Shown here piece after piece: positions 19,273 to 29,259 of a stretch of 64,000 nucleotides of DNA. The first letter of the stretch is position 1. Every line of letters starts with the position of its first letter. Source of the DNA: Legionellales bacterium (lineage in GTDB: Bacteria; Pseudomonadota; Gammaproteobacteria; UBA1113); the NCBI GenBank assembly GCA_002709565.1, contig PAPY01000040.1:2319-66318 (forward strand). Direction: 5' to 3'. Made by a program: the position numbers and the translations under genes. The notes under the pieces were generated by a model. It searched no databases. It was not told the origin of the DNA and saw only the letters and a program-made list of their open reading frames with translations.

Positions 19273-19755
19273 ATGCAAATCGCATTGATCGCCGCCATGG
19301 CCAAGAATCGTGCTATCGGAAAAGATAATCAATTACTCTGGCACTTGCCGGCGGATTTGGCCCATTTTAAGGCATTAACCTTGGATAAACCCATTGTCAT
19401 GGGCCGCAAAACCTACGAATCTATCGGCCGCCCTCTGCCGCGTCGGCAAAATATCATCGTGACTCGAGATGAGGCCTATACAGCTGAGGGTTGTGAAGTG
19501 GTGCACAGTTTGCCAGCGGCGTTGGATTGTGGTCATGACGCCACCGAGATAATGATCATCGGCGGGGCTGGGATTTATGCCCAAGCTATCGACATGGCCC
19601 AGCGCATGTACCTAACTATGGTAGATGTGGAATTGCCCGGTGATTGTTTTTTTCCGCAATGGGATCCCAATGAATGGCACGTGGTGGAGCGCGAGCATCA
19701 TCAAGCCGATGATAAGAATGCTTACGACTATACGTTTATGACCCTGGAACGCTAG
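19273..19755 (+). CDS. folA: Dihydrofolate reductase
   Basis: IGKDNQLLWHLPADL, MGRKTYESIGRPLP, IIGG. Confidence 0.97.
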   Translation: MQIALIAAMAKNRAIGKDNQLLWHLPADLAHFKALTLDKPIVMGRKTYESIGRPLPRRQNIIVTRDEAYTAEGCEVVHSLPAALDCGHDATEIMIIGGAGIYAQAIDMAQRMYLTMVDVELPGDCFFPQWDPNEWHVVEREHHQADDKNAYDYTFMTLER

Positions 19756-20558
19756 TCAATACTATGAACGTGGATGATTTTGTCATCGCCTAATCGTATC
19801 GCCGTTAACCCATTCCCCCAAACACAACCAGTGTCTAGGGCAAATACGCCCTGTACGTCGGCGTGACCTTCAAGGGCGGCCCAATGGCCGAAGAGAATTT
19901 TTTCGTTAATGGCTTCGCGGTCAGGAACCAAGAACCAGGGCTTAAAACCTTGGGGAGCTTTAGAGGCTGGGCCCTTTTCCCTTAACGACAAGGTGCCTGT
20001 ATCATCACAAAAACGCATGCGGGTAAAACTGTTCACAATAAAACGCAGCCGATCCCAGTCCGCAAGACTGCCTTCCCACAGGCTTGGCCTATCGCCATAC
20101 ATGTGCTGAAAGAAACTGCGATAATCGTTGCCTCGTAGGACGTCTTCTAATTCTGCCGCGTAACCGATGGCATCATCCAAGGTCCAAAATGGATAAATGC
20201 CCGCGTGTACTAACACGTACCCCTGTTGTTGATGAATAATGGGTTGCAGGCGCAGCCATTCACACAGTTCTAAGCGGTCCGGCGCATTGAGGACATCGCC
20301 GAAGGTATCGACGGGGCGTGGTTGTTCAAGACCATAATGCACTGCCAACATGTGTAAGTCGTGGTTACCCAGCACGGTGATGGCACTAGTACCTAGAGAT
20401 TTAACTAAACGTAATACGTCCAGCGAGTTAGGACCGCGATTGACTAAATCACCGGTGAACCAGAGGGTATCCTGGTCGGGATTGAAGTCTATAGTCTCCA
20501 GTAAGTTCTGTAGCTCGCGGTAACAGCCTTGCACATCACCAATGGCATAGGTAGCCAT
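19752..20558 (-). CDS. apaH: Symmetrical bis(5'-nucleosyl)-tetraphosphatase
   Basis: IGDVQGC, GDLVNRGP, GNHD, FGHWAAL, LDTGCVWG. Confidence 0.96.
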   Translation of the reverse strand: MATYAIGDVQGCYRELQNLLETIDFNPDQDTLWFTGDLVNRGPNSLDVLRLVKSLGTSAITVLGNHDLHMLAVHYGLEQPRPVDTFGDVLNAPDRLELCEWLRLQPIIHQQQGYVLVHAGIYPFWTLDDAIGYAAELEDVLRGNDYRSFFQHMYGDRPSLWEGSLADWDRLRFIVNSFTRMRFCDDTGTLSLREKGPASKAPQGFKPWFLVPDREAINEKILFGHWAALEGHADVQGVFALDTGCVWGNGLTAIRLGDDKIIHVHSID

Positions 20559-21001
20559 CAGTCATCGTCCAAGGTTAAAGCTAATACATTACAAGGTAAG
20601 GCGTGTAAAAGTGAATCCGCGGTAGAGCCCATCAACAAGGCCAGGCCGTGTTTGTCATGGGCACCGACAACAATCAGATCACAGCTAATTTCGTGGACCA
20701 GTTTGACGATTTCGTCTTTTTTTGAGCCCACTAATACCCAGCGATTGTCCTCAGGGATATTCAGTTCACTGGCTTGTTTGGCCAAGTGTTCATGGGCTTG
20801 CTCTTCGAGGGATTTTTCCACATCCAAGTCTAAGGGCACAGCAAACTCACCACTGCCATAGAGCATCGGTGAATGTTCAATCACATGCACCAAACTCAGC
20901 TTGGCATGCAAATCTTCAGCCAATTGCTTCGCCTTGACGGCAATCGTGTAACTGCCATCGCTCAAATCAGTGGTAAAAAGAATATGTTTAAAACTGCCCA
21001 T
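20558..21001 (-). CDS. Universal stress protein
   Basis: FKHILFTTDLS, DLIVVGAH...LMGSTADSLLH...CNVL. Confidence 0.92.
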   Translation of the reverse strand: MGSFKHILFTTDLSDGSYTIAVKAKQLAEDLHAKLSLVHVIEHSPMLYGSGEFAVPLDLDVEKSLEEQAHEHLAKQASELNIPEDNRWVLVGSKKDEIVKLVHEISCDLIVVGAHDKHGLALLMGSTADSLLHALPCNVLALTLDDD

Positions 21002-21055
21002 AGTCGTCGCTCCGTCCAAGATTTGGATCATCTTAAACGAAGCGTCTGTGAAGAT

Positions 21056-21652
21056 CTAGCGGGAGGTCATAGTTGCTTTAAGCTCTTTATTAAGAGCATC
21101 TTCATCGCGGTGGTATCCCACCCCCCAACAAGCCAATGCTACAATACTACCCACTAAAATGGCTGTTGATGTTGCGGCTGAGGTCAGGAATATCAACAAT
21201 AAAGCCGTGGGTATGCCGATGGCAAGGCCAACAGCCATACCAGCCAATGAGCCCTTGTTGCGGCTAAAAAATCCTTGAGGATTTGCAGAGGCGGGTTGTT
21301 CTTGACGTGGTTGAAATTCTCTTTGACCAGTGCCGAAGTTCTCCATAGAGCCAGTTTTGGGAGAGTGGTCCATTGCTAGGATTATGTCACCATCTTCATG
21401 AATATTAGGTCCTCCTTGGTATGGTACTGTTGTATCTATTGAGTGGGGCTGTTCAGATGGGCGTTTATCAAGTGAAGCTAATATCGCAAGTTCAGTTGCA
21501 AACCGCTTCTCTGAGTTTTCTGTATACCCTGCACAAGTAAGGTCTTCATCATGCACATAAAATTCATTGCCGGTGGCTGCTGGCTGACACATCACTCTGA
21601 ATGTTCTATCGTTATATTTAACTGTATGGGCCACAAATACTGGAGAACTCAT
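21056..21652 (-). CDS. Orphan protein with C-terminal bilobed hydrophobic hairpin (candidate effector)
   Basis: GAGAGG RBS and a TTGCAT-N16-TACAAT promoter upstream of the ATG at 21652. Two adjacent TM segments near the C-terminus. Confidence 0.65.
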   Translation of the reverse strand: MSSPVFVAHTVKYNDRTFRVMCQPAATGNEFYVHDEDLTCAGYTENSEKRFATELAILASLDKRPSEQPHSIDTTVPYQGGPNIHEDGDIILAMDHSPKTGSMENFGTGQREFQPRQEQPASANPQGFFSRNKGSLAGMAVGLAIGIPTALLLIFLTSAATSTAILVGSIVALACWGVGYHRDEDALNKELKATMTSR

Positions 21653-21781
21653 CACTAATCCTCTCTTGTCTTTATTAGTCCGGCCATTGTAACAAAATTT
21701 GGACAAAATGCAAGGGCTTTGATGTTTCATTGATGCCCTGTGATATACTGTGCTTCATTTATAGGACTATGGGAGCAACCC

Positions 21782-23095
21782 TTGCGTTTTTTGTATAACT
21801 GCTTGATATATTGTGCGATGCCCTTTGCTTTGTTGCGGCTGGTGTGGAAGTCGCGGCGCACGCCGGCCTATTTGAAACGCTGGAACGAACGTTTTGGTTT
21901 TGTGGATTTGCAATCAGCCCAGGGGGGGATTTGGGTTCATGCGGTCTCCGTGGGTGAAACCATTGCCGTGGTGCCACTGATTAAACGCTTGCAAGCCAGT
22001 CATCCGGATTTACCTATTACGGTGACCACCATGACCCCGACCGGTTCCGAACGGGTCACCACCATGCTTGGCGATACCGTGCATCATACCTATGTGCCCT
22101 ATGATTTGCCCGGTGCCATGAAGCGTTTTCTCAAACGTCTACAACCCCGTTTGTGTTTAATCATGGAAACCGAAATTTGGCCGAACCTATTACACCAATG
22201 CCAACGTCAGGGGGTGCCGACCTTGCTTGCCAATGCTCGCATGTCAGCGAAGTCTGCCAAAGCCTATCGACGTGTTGCCCGTTTCAGCAAATCTATGATC
22301 AACGAAATCACTATCATCGCTGCCCAAAGTGCCAGTGATGCTGCTCGCTTTCGTGAACTGGGCGCCACTGCCGAACAACTCCATGTTACCGGGAGTGTGA
22401 AATTTGATGTGACGATTCCTGCTAGTCTGCACGAGAAAGCCGCCGTGTTTCGTGCCCGTTGGGGCGGGACACGCCAAACCTGGGTAGCAGCGAGCACCCA
22501 CGAAGGCGAAGAAGAACTGGTCCTCAAAGCCTTCGCTAAAGTACTTGAACAATTACCGGATACTTTATTACTCTTAGTCCCCCGTCACCCAGAGCGTTTT
22601 GCCAAAGTCGCAAGTCTGTGTGAAAAACACGGCTTCGCCACGGTCTTACGCAGTCACAATCAACCTTGTTTGGCTGAGACAAAAGTGTTCTTAGGCGATT
22701 CCATGGGTGAGCTGGGTGCCTATTACGCCGCTAGTGACTTAGCCTTTGTTGGCGGGAGTTTAATTCCCATCGGCGGCCATAATCTATTAGAACCAGCGGC
22801 GGTGGGTGTTGCTGCTATCACTGGACCTAATGTCTTTAACTTCACCGAAATCACGCGTTTGTTAATGGAAGCGGGAGCGGTAAAACTGGTCCAAGACTAC
22901 CACGCCCTGGCTGAACAAGTCATTGCCTTATTGAATGACCGTGATGCTCGGTCCAAAGCCGGCCTCGCCGGCCAACAAGTGGTTGAACAAAACCGCGGTG
23001 CCGTCGATGCCCATCTGGCATTGATTGATGGGATTGTGGCGGGCTCATCTAGTCCTAGTCAGCAAACTGCGCCAGAATGTCATTCTTCCCCATAA
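21782..23095 (+). CDS. waaA: Kdo transferase
   Basis: IWVHAVSVGE, METEIWPN, AASTHEGEE, VPRHPERF, GGHNLLEPA. Probable TTG start at 21782. Confidence 0.96.
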   Translation: MRFLYNCLIYCAMPFALLRLVWKSRRTPAYLKRWNERFGFVDLQSAQGGIWVHAVSVGETIAVVPLIKRLQASHPDLPITVTTMTPTGSERVTTMLGDTVHHTYVPYDLPGAMKRFLKRLQPRLCLIMETEIWPNLLHQCQRQGVPTLLANARMSAKSAKAYRRVARFSKSMINEITIIAAQSASDAARFRELGATAEQLHVTGSVKFDVTIPASLHEKAAVFRARWGGTRQTWVAASTHEGEEELVLKAFAKVLEQLPDTLLLLVPRHPERFAKVASLCEKHGFATVLRSHNQPCLAETKVFLGDSMGELGAYYAASDLAFVGGSLIPIGGHNLLEPAAVGVAAITGPNVFNFTEITRLLMEAGAVKLVQDYHALAEQVIALLNDRDARSKAGLAGQQVVEQNRGAVDAHLALIDGIVAGSSSPSQQTAPECHSSP

Positions 23096-24306
23096 GCAAT
23101 TTGCGCATCAATGGAGCCATAGTAAATGTGGTCGCGCCATTCTTTGGTGTAGCCCACCAATTTGTCATTGAGCAAGCGGGATAAAATATTCGAGATATAA
23201 CTGGGGTTTTTCTCCAAAGCTTCGGCAATTTCCTTAACTTGCAAAGGGCCGGTTTGAACAATAGTTTTTAGGACGGCTTCTTCATTATCGGTAAGTTTAA
23301 AGCCTTTGATCCGACTTTTTGCATAGTCAATAACGATAGGTTTCGCAAGAGCCAACGTAATTCTATCCGTTAAAGTGCCGACTTGTAGTGTATTAAATAA
23401 TCGATTTAACAAACCAAAGACATAACGTAGACGTCCATTAGTGATGCTATAAAGGTAGAGCAATACGTCTTTATCCACCGGTAATTCCACATGTTTATTG
23501 ACACGATAGGTTTCGACACGTTTTTGAATTAAAGCTAGATAGTTATCTTCTGATAAAGGGGTAATTTCAGTTTCATGGGCAATAATGTCATCGAGCCTGT
23601 CAACTTCTTGAGCGATAAAGTGACGCAATGATATGTCGCCTACCAAGAGCCAGCTTGAACCATTAATCTGAAAATAATCCCGCATAATATTGAGTAGTGA
23701 TTTGATATGCTCTTCTTTCTGTACAACGCCAATATCAAGATTATTGAGTTGGATCAGAATGCCATACTTGTAACCGAGTTCATAACTGACTTCAATCAAG
23801 TCTTCTAAATGTTGCGATAATACTTGAGTCGGCATTACCATTGGCTGGGTAACACTGCCAGAATGGCCATAGTTAGTACCAATACCAAATGCAGAAACAC
23901 CAAATGAGCGGTACATCTCTGTTACCCGCCTGACAACGGCTTTTGCTTCGGTGAATTTGGGTGAGTCTTTGACTTCTTTGAAATGATTCAATTCAAGGGT
24001 TGAAATGAGATTAGCGATGACTGCTGCAAGCAATGTGTCAGCATTCCAGTTAGGTTCGACTCGGATCTCACTGGTGGGTGTGAGATATTTTTTTTCTTGT
24101 TCAGCTTGGAAACGTAAGTAGTTGCCAAATGATGTCGTGCCAACACCGCGGGATCCCTCTATCACCATGACGATATTGTTGGAATGTAAGGCAAATTGAC
24201 ATTGCTCCATCTTGTCCGTATTGCCGGTATAGAGCGTCAGAGTATTACTAGTGATGGGTTGTGTTTTGAAGGGCTCATTGCTGAATCCCAGGGAGTCCCA
24301 TTGCAT
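23080..24306 (-). CDS. AAA+-like P-loop protein with C-terminal winged helix-turn-helix
   Basis: LGFSNEPF N-terminus, degenerate Walker A GSRGVGTTS and Walker B IQLNNLD, TNGRLR lid, then VKEIAEAL...YISNILSRL...LV. Confidence 0.75.
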   Translation of the reverse strand: MQWDSLGFSNEPFKTQPITSNTLTLYTGNTDKMEQCQFALHSNNIVMVIEGSRGVGTTSFGNYLRFQAEQEKKYLTPTSEIRVEPNWNADTLLAAVIANLISTLELNHFKEVKDSPKFTEAKAVVRRVTEMYRSFGVSAFGIGTNYGHSGSVTQPMVMPTQVLSQHLEDLIEVSYELGYKYGILIQLNNLDIGVVQKEEHIKSLLNIMRDYFQINGSSWLLVGDISLRHFIAQEVDRLDDIIAHETEITPLSEDNYLALIQKRVETYRVNKHVELPVDKDVLLYLYSITNGRLRYVFGLLNRLFNTLQVGTLTDRITLALAKPIVIDYAKSRIKGFKLTDNEEAVLKTIVQTGPLQVKEIAEALEKNPSYISNILSRLLNDKLVGYTKEWRDHIYYGSIDAQIAYGEE

Positions 24307-24315
24307 TTGAAATTC

Positions 24316-24535
24316 CTCATATCACTAAAATGTACGTTCCAGTGATTATATCACAAATATTTCTTATATCACTAAAAACTTCTTATATAAGAAAATTTTC
24401 TTATATAATAAAAATTATTGGCGCAGTGTGATATGATGGTAACCTCTTGATTTATATGAAATTGCTATTATTTGGCCGCCTCGATATGTTACTAAAATAA
24501 GTAACGTTACTTTTTTTAGTCTCGGGGTAGTAACA
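24316..24535. promoter_or_regulatory. AT-rich iterated and palindromic operator array upstream of the AAA+/wHTH gene
   Basis: TTCTTATAT at 24361, 24380 and 24398. ATATCACTAAAA occurs twice. Perfect 26-bp palindrome at 24383-24408, IHF consensus at 24440-24452, near-perfect 30-bp palindrome at 24491-24520. Confidence 0.6.
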
Positions 24536-24590
24536 TGTTATCCAGGCGTGTGGCTAGAGTTAGCTATTTGATTTTGATGGATTTTCCTAA

Positions 24591-24727
24591 CCGGCATTCC
24601 GCACCAGTCTTGCGCATAAAAGGGTAAAAACTCAACTCAAAATGCTCAGGTATTGCATATACATTCCGCTTTATCGTTAATTTTTTATCCTTTTCTGCAT
24701 CAAAAATAGCTCTGTGCGAAAAGCCGG
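24591..24727. mobile_element. MITE-like repeat, family B, full copy (137 bp)
   Basis: Terminal inverted repeats CCGGCATTCCGCAC / GTGCGAAAAGCCGG. 7-bp direct repeats TTCCTAA at 24584-24590 and 24728-24734. A partial copy lies at 15071-15135. Confidence 0.8.
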
Positions 24728-24730
24728 TTC

Positions 24731-26548
24731 CTAAGCAAATGGCTTTGGTAGCTCTACTGCGGATAATTGATCGCCCTTAGGCTTGGTCATGGAGGGGACC
24801 TTGGCTTTGTCGGCGGGGGCGGTTGCTGATTTCGCGGCATCGGTTGCCGTGTTAGAAGAGGCGCTGGCTTTTGTCTGGGGGGTTGTTTTGCTTGCCGGTG
24901 CTTTGCTGGCAGTTTTAGGCTTACTGCTGGATTTGGCTGCTGTGGTTTTTGCTTTAGCGGGGGTTGCTTTTGCATCGGGGCCTGGTGTGGAAGGAGCTTG
25001 CTTGCTTGTCGGTGTCGTGCTTGGCGCAGTGGATGAACTTGAGCCAGTCGCACCGGTGGCTTTCTTTTCGGATTCTTCCAGTCGATTAATTTCTTCGTCA
25101 GTGCCACCTGTGATTTCACCACTCAACTCCATGTGGCCGGCGGGTTTGCTTTCTTTTAAGGAGTCAACGGTGATGTCCTTATAGGATGGGCGGTTCTTAG
25201 TGAGCCAGGCATTGATTTCACGAATATCATTCAAGCTCAAGGTCCCCGCTGCTTCTTTGAGGGCAATGGTAGCCTTGATGTAATCGTATTGGTCGCGGGA
25301 ATATTGGCGCTGGGTGTCATAGAGATTACGTTGGGCTTCTAACACGTCTAACATGGTTTGAGTGCCAACTTTGTAACCTTCGATGGTGCTGCGTAGTGAT
25401 GCTTCATTAGACACAATCGCTTGGCGGTCGGCTTTTACCTTACTGATCCCAGCAACAATATTGTTATAACTTTGACGAGAATCAGTTACCACAGCACGGT
25501 AAGTGATCTCGCGTTGGTCAAGCGCGCCTTGATAATCGTACTCTGCTTGTTTGGTTTCGGCCATTACCAGTCCCCCTTCAAAAACAGGGAGCGCTAATTG
25601 TACACCGACGCTGCCAACACGGCTGTTGGTCGTACCAACGGGGGTGCGGCTCGTCTTTGAGCGATCAAAACCGGCGACTGCATCCACGGTGGGCAGATGA
25701 CCAGAACGTTGAACCTTGATTTCATCTTTGGCCGCCTCAGCCGTCCAACGCGCGGCTTGCAGGTTCCAGTTTTGTTTGGTCGCGGTGTCTACCCACTTGT
25801 CGACATTCTCAGGTTCAGGTGTCACTAACGGCACTTCTGATCGCAAACCGGCCAAGTGTGTATAGTAAACCCCGGTGATCTCACGCAGATCTTCACGGGT
25901 ATTGATGATGGCGTTTTTGGCGGCAATCTCGGTGGCAATAATATTGTCATATTCTGCTTGAGCTTGGTACACGCCAGTGATGGGCACGAGACCAACTTTG
26001 AATTGTTGGCGGACTTGATCCAGTTGACGATAGGTGGAACGTTTTTCAGCTTCTGTGTAACGCAAGTCGTCTTCTGCTTGTAATATATTGAAGTAAGCCG
26101 TAGAGGTACGGCTTATCAAACTCTGTGCGGCAGCCGCATAGGTGGCATCGGCAGCTTTCACCCCAGCTTTAGCTTCACCTAAATTTGCCCAGGCTTGTAA
26201 ATCAAAAATAGGCTGGGACAGGGTGATATCATAACCGTGGCTGATGAAATCATAGGTTGGGTCGGCCAAACCCGCATTGAGGCCTGTGGATGTCAGTGCA
26301 CCAGTAGACTTGTTATCCGCCCAATTCTTCAGTCGATTGGCAGAGGCATTAAGACTCGGTAACAAGAAGGCACGACTGATGGGCACATTTTCGTGCTGTG
26401 ACAATTGCTCAGCTTGGGCTGCTTTGTAAGTGGGATCACTGCTCAAGGCTTGGTTGAAAACTTCGACTAAGTCTTCAGCCGCCGCCAGGCTGCTAAAACT
26501 TAAGCATGCCGCGCCGACAGTGACAAGTGGTAACCATTTTTTCATCAT
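24731..26548 (-). CDS. tolC: TolC family outer-membrane channel with long low-complexity C-terminal tail
   Basis: Signal peptide, LLPSL, LSQPIFD, SGHLPTVD, GYKVGTQTMLDVLEAQ. About 150 extra residues, ending in an A/K/T/P/S-rich stretch. Confidence 0.94.
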   Translation of the reverse strand: MMKKWLPLVTVGAACLSFSSLAAAEDLVEVFNQALSSDPTYKAAQAEQLSQHENVPISRAFLLPSLNASANRLKNWADNKSTGALTSTGLNAGLADPTYDFISHGYDITLSQPIFDLQAWANLGEAKAGVKAADATYAAAAQSLISRTSTAYFNILQAEDDLRYTEAEKRSTYRQLDQVRQQFKVGLVPITGVYQAQAEYDNIIATEIAAKNAIINTREDLREITGVYYTHLAGLRSEVPLVTPEPENVDKWVDTATKQNWNLQAARWTAEAAKDEIKVQRSGHLPTVDAVAGFDRSKTSRTPVGTTNSRVGSVGVQLALPVFEGGLVMAETKQAEYDYQGALDQREITYRAVVTDSRQSYNNIVAGISKVKADRQAIVSNEASLRSTIEGYKVGTQTMLDVLEAQRNLYDTQRQYSRDQYDYIKATIALKEAAGTLSLNDIREINAWLTKNRPSYKDITVDSLKESKPAGHMELSGEITGGTDEEINRLEESEKKATGATGSSSSTAPSTTPTSKQAPSTPGPDAKATPAKAKTTAAKSSSKPKTASKAPASKTTPQTKASASSNTATDAAKSATAPADKAKVPSMTKPKGDQLSAVELPKPFA

Positions 26549-26579
26549 AGTTCAACTTTAAAGAGTTACTGGCCTAGTG

Positions 26580-27236
26580 TCAAAAGATAAAATCAGCCCG
26601 GCTGACAGTTTGACTCAAGGGTGGGATCACGGTTTCGAATAAAGTGTCATTGCGCCAGTCATTTTCACCAACCCGAGTGATGAGCGTTGCTTCCATCGGT
26701 GCATCTTTGCCCAAAATAACAAACAAACGGCCGCCGATAGCGAGTTGTTGTTTGAAGGCTTGGGGTAATGCCGGCATAGAACCGGTGATGCAAATGACAT
26801 CGTACGGTTTTTGTTTATCCCAACCGGTTGCAGCATCGCCTTGTTGTAAAGTGACATTGGTAATGCCGAGTTCGGCTAATTTGTCACCAGCAGTTTTGAT
26901 AAAACCGTCATCCATGTCGACACTGTAAACATGCTGGCCGAGTTTTGCTAAGGCCGCCGTAACGAAGCCGGAGCCGGTGCCAATTTCGAGGATTTTGTCA
27001 GTTGCTTTGATAGCCAGAGATAAGAGCATCTTTGCCTCAATGCTTGGTGTCATCATTTGTTGGCCATGGCCTAAGGGAATATTGATATCGGCAAAGGCTA
27101 AGTCTCGGTATTCAAGAGGGACGAATTTTTCCCGTGGTAATTCCGCGAGCAAATCTAACAGTTGTTCATCAAGAACATTGGTGGTGCGTAATTGGCGCTG
27201 GATCATATTGCTGCGAGCTTGTTCAATATTCATCAT
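26580..27236 (-). CDS. pcm: Protein-L-isoaspartate O-methyltransferase family
   Basis: ARSNMIQRQLR, PREKFVP, ILEIGTGSGF, QLAIGGRL. Usual position upstream of tolC. Confidence 0.9.
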   Translation of the reverse strand: MMNIEQARSNMIQRQLRTTNVLDEQLLDLLAELPREKFVPLEYRDLAFADINIPLGHGQQMMTPSIEAKMLLSLAIKATDKILEIGTGSGFVTAALAKLGQHVYSVDMDDGFIKTAGDKLAELGITNVTLQQGDAATGWDKQKPYDVICITGSMPALPQAFKQQLAIGGRLFVILGKDAPMEATLITRVGENDWRNDTLFETVIPPLSQTVSRADFIF

Positions 27237-27368
27237 GTTGGTGTGCCCTTTCGTCGGTGTCATTAAGACGGTAGAATGCCGCAATGAGGTGCCGATGACA
27301 AGCGAAAATTGAGCGCAATTGCGTTACAATGGCTGCAGCTGAATAACAATCCTTTACATGAGACATTT

Positions 27369-29255
27369 ATGGCAGAAACTTATACCGCAGAATCAATAGA
27401 AGTCTTAAGTGGTCTAGAACCGGTGCGTTTGCGCCCGGGGATGTATACCGATACCCGTAACCCCAATCATATTGCCCATGAAGCAATCGACAACAGTGTC
27501 GATGAAGCTATCGCCGGCCATGCCCGGGAGGTGCATGTCACCTTATATAAGGATGGCTCACTGGAAGTTGCCGATGATGGCCGTGGCATGCCGGTGGATA
27601 TTCACCCTGACGAAAAAATTTCTGGCGTCGAATTGATCATGACCCGCCTCCATGCCGGGGGTAAATTCTCCCACAAAAATTATGAATTCTCCGGTGGTCT
27701 CCATGGTGTGGGGATCTCGGTTTTAAATGCTTTGTGCAAGCAAGTGATTGTACAAATTAAACGGGATGGCCAATTGCACGAAATTCGTTTTGCCGATGGC
27801 GAGAAGACCAAGGACTTAAATGTCGTCGACAGTGTTGGCAAGCGCAATACCGGTACCACTATCCAGTTTTGGCCCGACGAAAAATACTTTGACAGTCCGA
27901 AGTTTGCCGTGGGCAGACTCAAACATGTGTTAAGAGCAAAGGCTGTGTTATGTCCGGGTCTTAAGACGACGTTTTATGACGAAAAGACCAAAGAACGTCA
28001 CGAATGGTATTACGAAGATGGCCTGCAAGCGTATTTGTTAGATACGCTGGGTGATCTACCCCGCTTACCAGAAGAGCCTTTTATCGGTTCCTTTAGCGGT
28101 AACCTTGAAGCGGTGGATTGGGCTGTGGCTTGGTTACCAGAAGGCGGCGAAGGGGTTGAAGAAAGTTACGTTAACTTAATTCCAACCGCGCAAGGTGGTA
28201 CTCACGTTAATGGTTTGCGTACCGGCTTACTTGAAGCCATGCGCGAGTTTTGTGAGTTTCGTAATTTATTACCGCGGGGGGTGAAGTTAACCGCCGATGA
28301 TATTTGGGAAAGTTGCGCCTATATCTTGTCGGTGAAGATACAAGATCCGCAATTTGCTGGACAAACCAAAGAACGTCTCTCATCGCGTCAATGTGCAGCT
28401 TTCGTCTCAGGCGTGGTGAAAGATGCGTTTAGTTTATGGTTAAATCAACACGTGCAGTTGGGCGAACAATTAGCGGAGCTAGTGATTAGCCAGGCACAAA
28501 AACGCCTACGCAAAGGCAAAAAAGTCGCCCGCAAAAAAGTCACCACGGGTCCAGCATTACCGGGTAAATTAGCAGATTGCTCGAGCCAAGAACCGATGGC
28601 GTCAGAATTGTTTTTAGTCGAAGGTGACTCCGCGGGTGGCTCTGCCAAACAAGCCCGTAACCGCGAATTCCAAGCAATCATGCCCTTGCGCGGTAAGATC
28701 CTTAATACTTGGGAGGTGGATCCCACCCAAATCTTAGGCTCCCAAGAAGTGCATGACATTGCTGTTGCTATGGGTATCGACCCGGCAGCAGATAGCCTCG
28801 AAGGTTTACGTTACGGCAAAATTTGTATTTTGGCAGATGCGGATTCTGATGGTTTGCATATTGCGACATTATTATGTGCACTCTTCTTACGTCATTTTAA
28901 ATCATTAGTAAAGGCAGGCCATGTGTTCGTAGCAATGCCGCCGTTGTATCGTATTGATGTGGGCAAAGAAGTGTTTTACGCCTTGGATGATGGTGAGAAG
29001 CAAGGCATTCTAGACCGCATCGCCGCCGAAAAACTCAAAGGCAAAATCAACGTGCAACGCTTCAAAGGCTTAGGTGAAATGAATCCCATGCAATTGCGTG
29101 AGACGACCATGGATCCCGACACCCGCCGTTTAGTGCAATTGACCATCGACGATGGTGACGATAGTCATCAAGTGATGGATATGTTACTCGCGAAAAAACG
29201 CGCCGCAGATCGCAAAGCCTGGTTAGAAACCAAAGGCAATTTAGCAGAGGTATAA
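27369..29255 (+). CDS. parE: DNA topoisomerase IV subunit B
   Basis: [48 protein letters not shown]. Confidence 0.97.
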   Translation: MAETYTAESIEVLSGLEPVRLRPGMYTDTRNPNHIAHEAIDNSVDEAIAGHAREVHVTLYKDGSLEVADDGRGMPVDIHPDEKISGVELIMTRLHAGGKFSHKNYEFSGGLHGVGISVLNALCKQVIVQIKRDGQLHEIRFADGEKTKDLNVVDSVGKRNTGTTIQFWPDEKYFDSPKFAVGRLKHVLRAKAVLCPGLKTTFYDEKTKERHEWYYEDGLQAYLLDTLGDLPRLPEEPFIGSFSGNLEAVDWAVAWLPEGGEGVEESYVNLIPTAQGGTHVNGLRTGLLEAMREFCEFRNLLPRGVKLTADDIWESCAYILSVKIQDPQFAGQTKERLSSRQCAAFVSGVVKDAFSLWLNQHVQLGEQLAELVISQAQKRLRKGKKVARKKVTTGPALPGKLADCSSQEPMASELFLVEGDSAGGSAKQARNREFQAIMPLRGKILNTWEVDPTQILGSQEVHDIAVAMGIDPAADSLEGLRYGKICILADADSDGLHIATLLCALFLRHFKSLVKAGHVFVAMPPLYRIDVGKEVFYALDDGEKQGILDRIAAEKLKGKINVQRFKGLGEMNPMQLRETTMDPDTRRLVQLTIDDGDDSHQVMDMLLAKKRAADRKAWLETKGNLAEV

Positions 29256-29259
29256 TGAT

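Noticed and set aside
24783-25184. Hydrophobic 133-aa ORF opposite the tolC tail
   Set aside because: Shadow ORF arising from low-complexity Ala/Lys/Thr codons.
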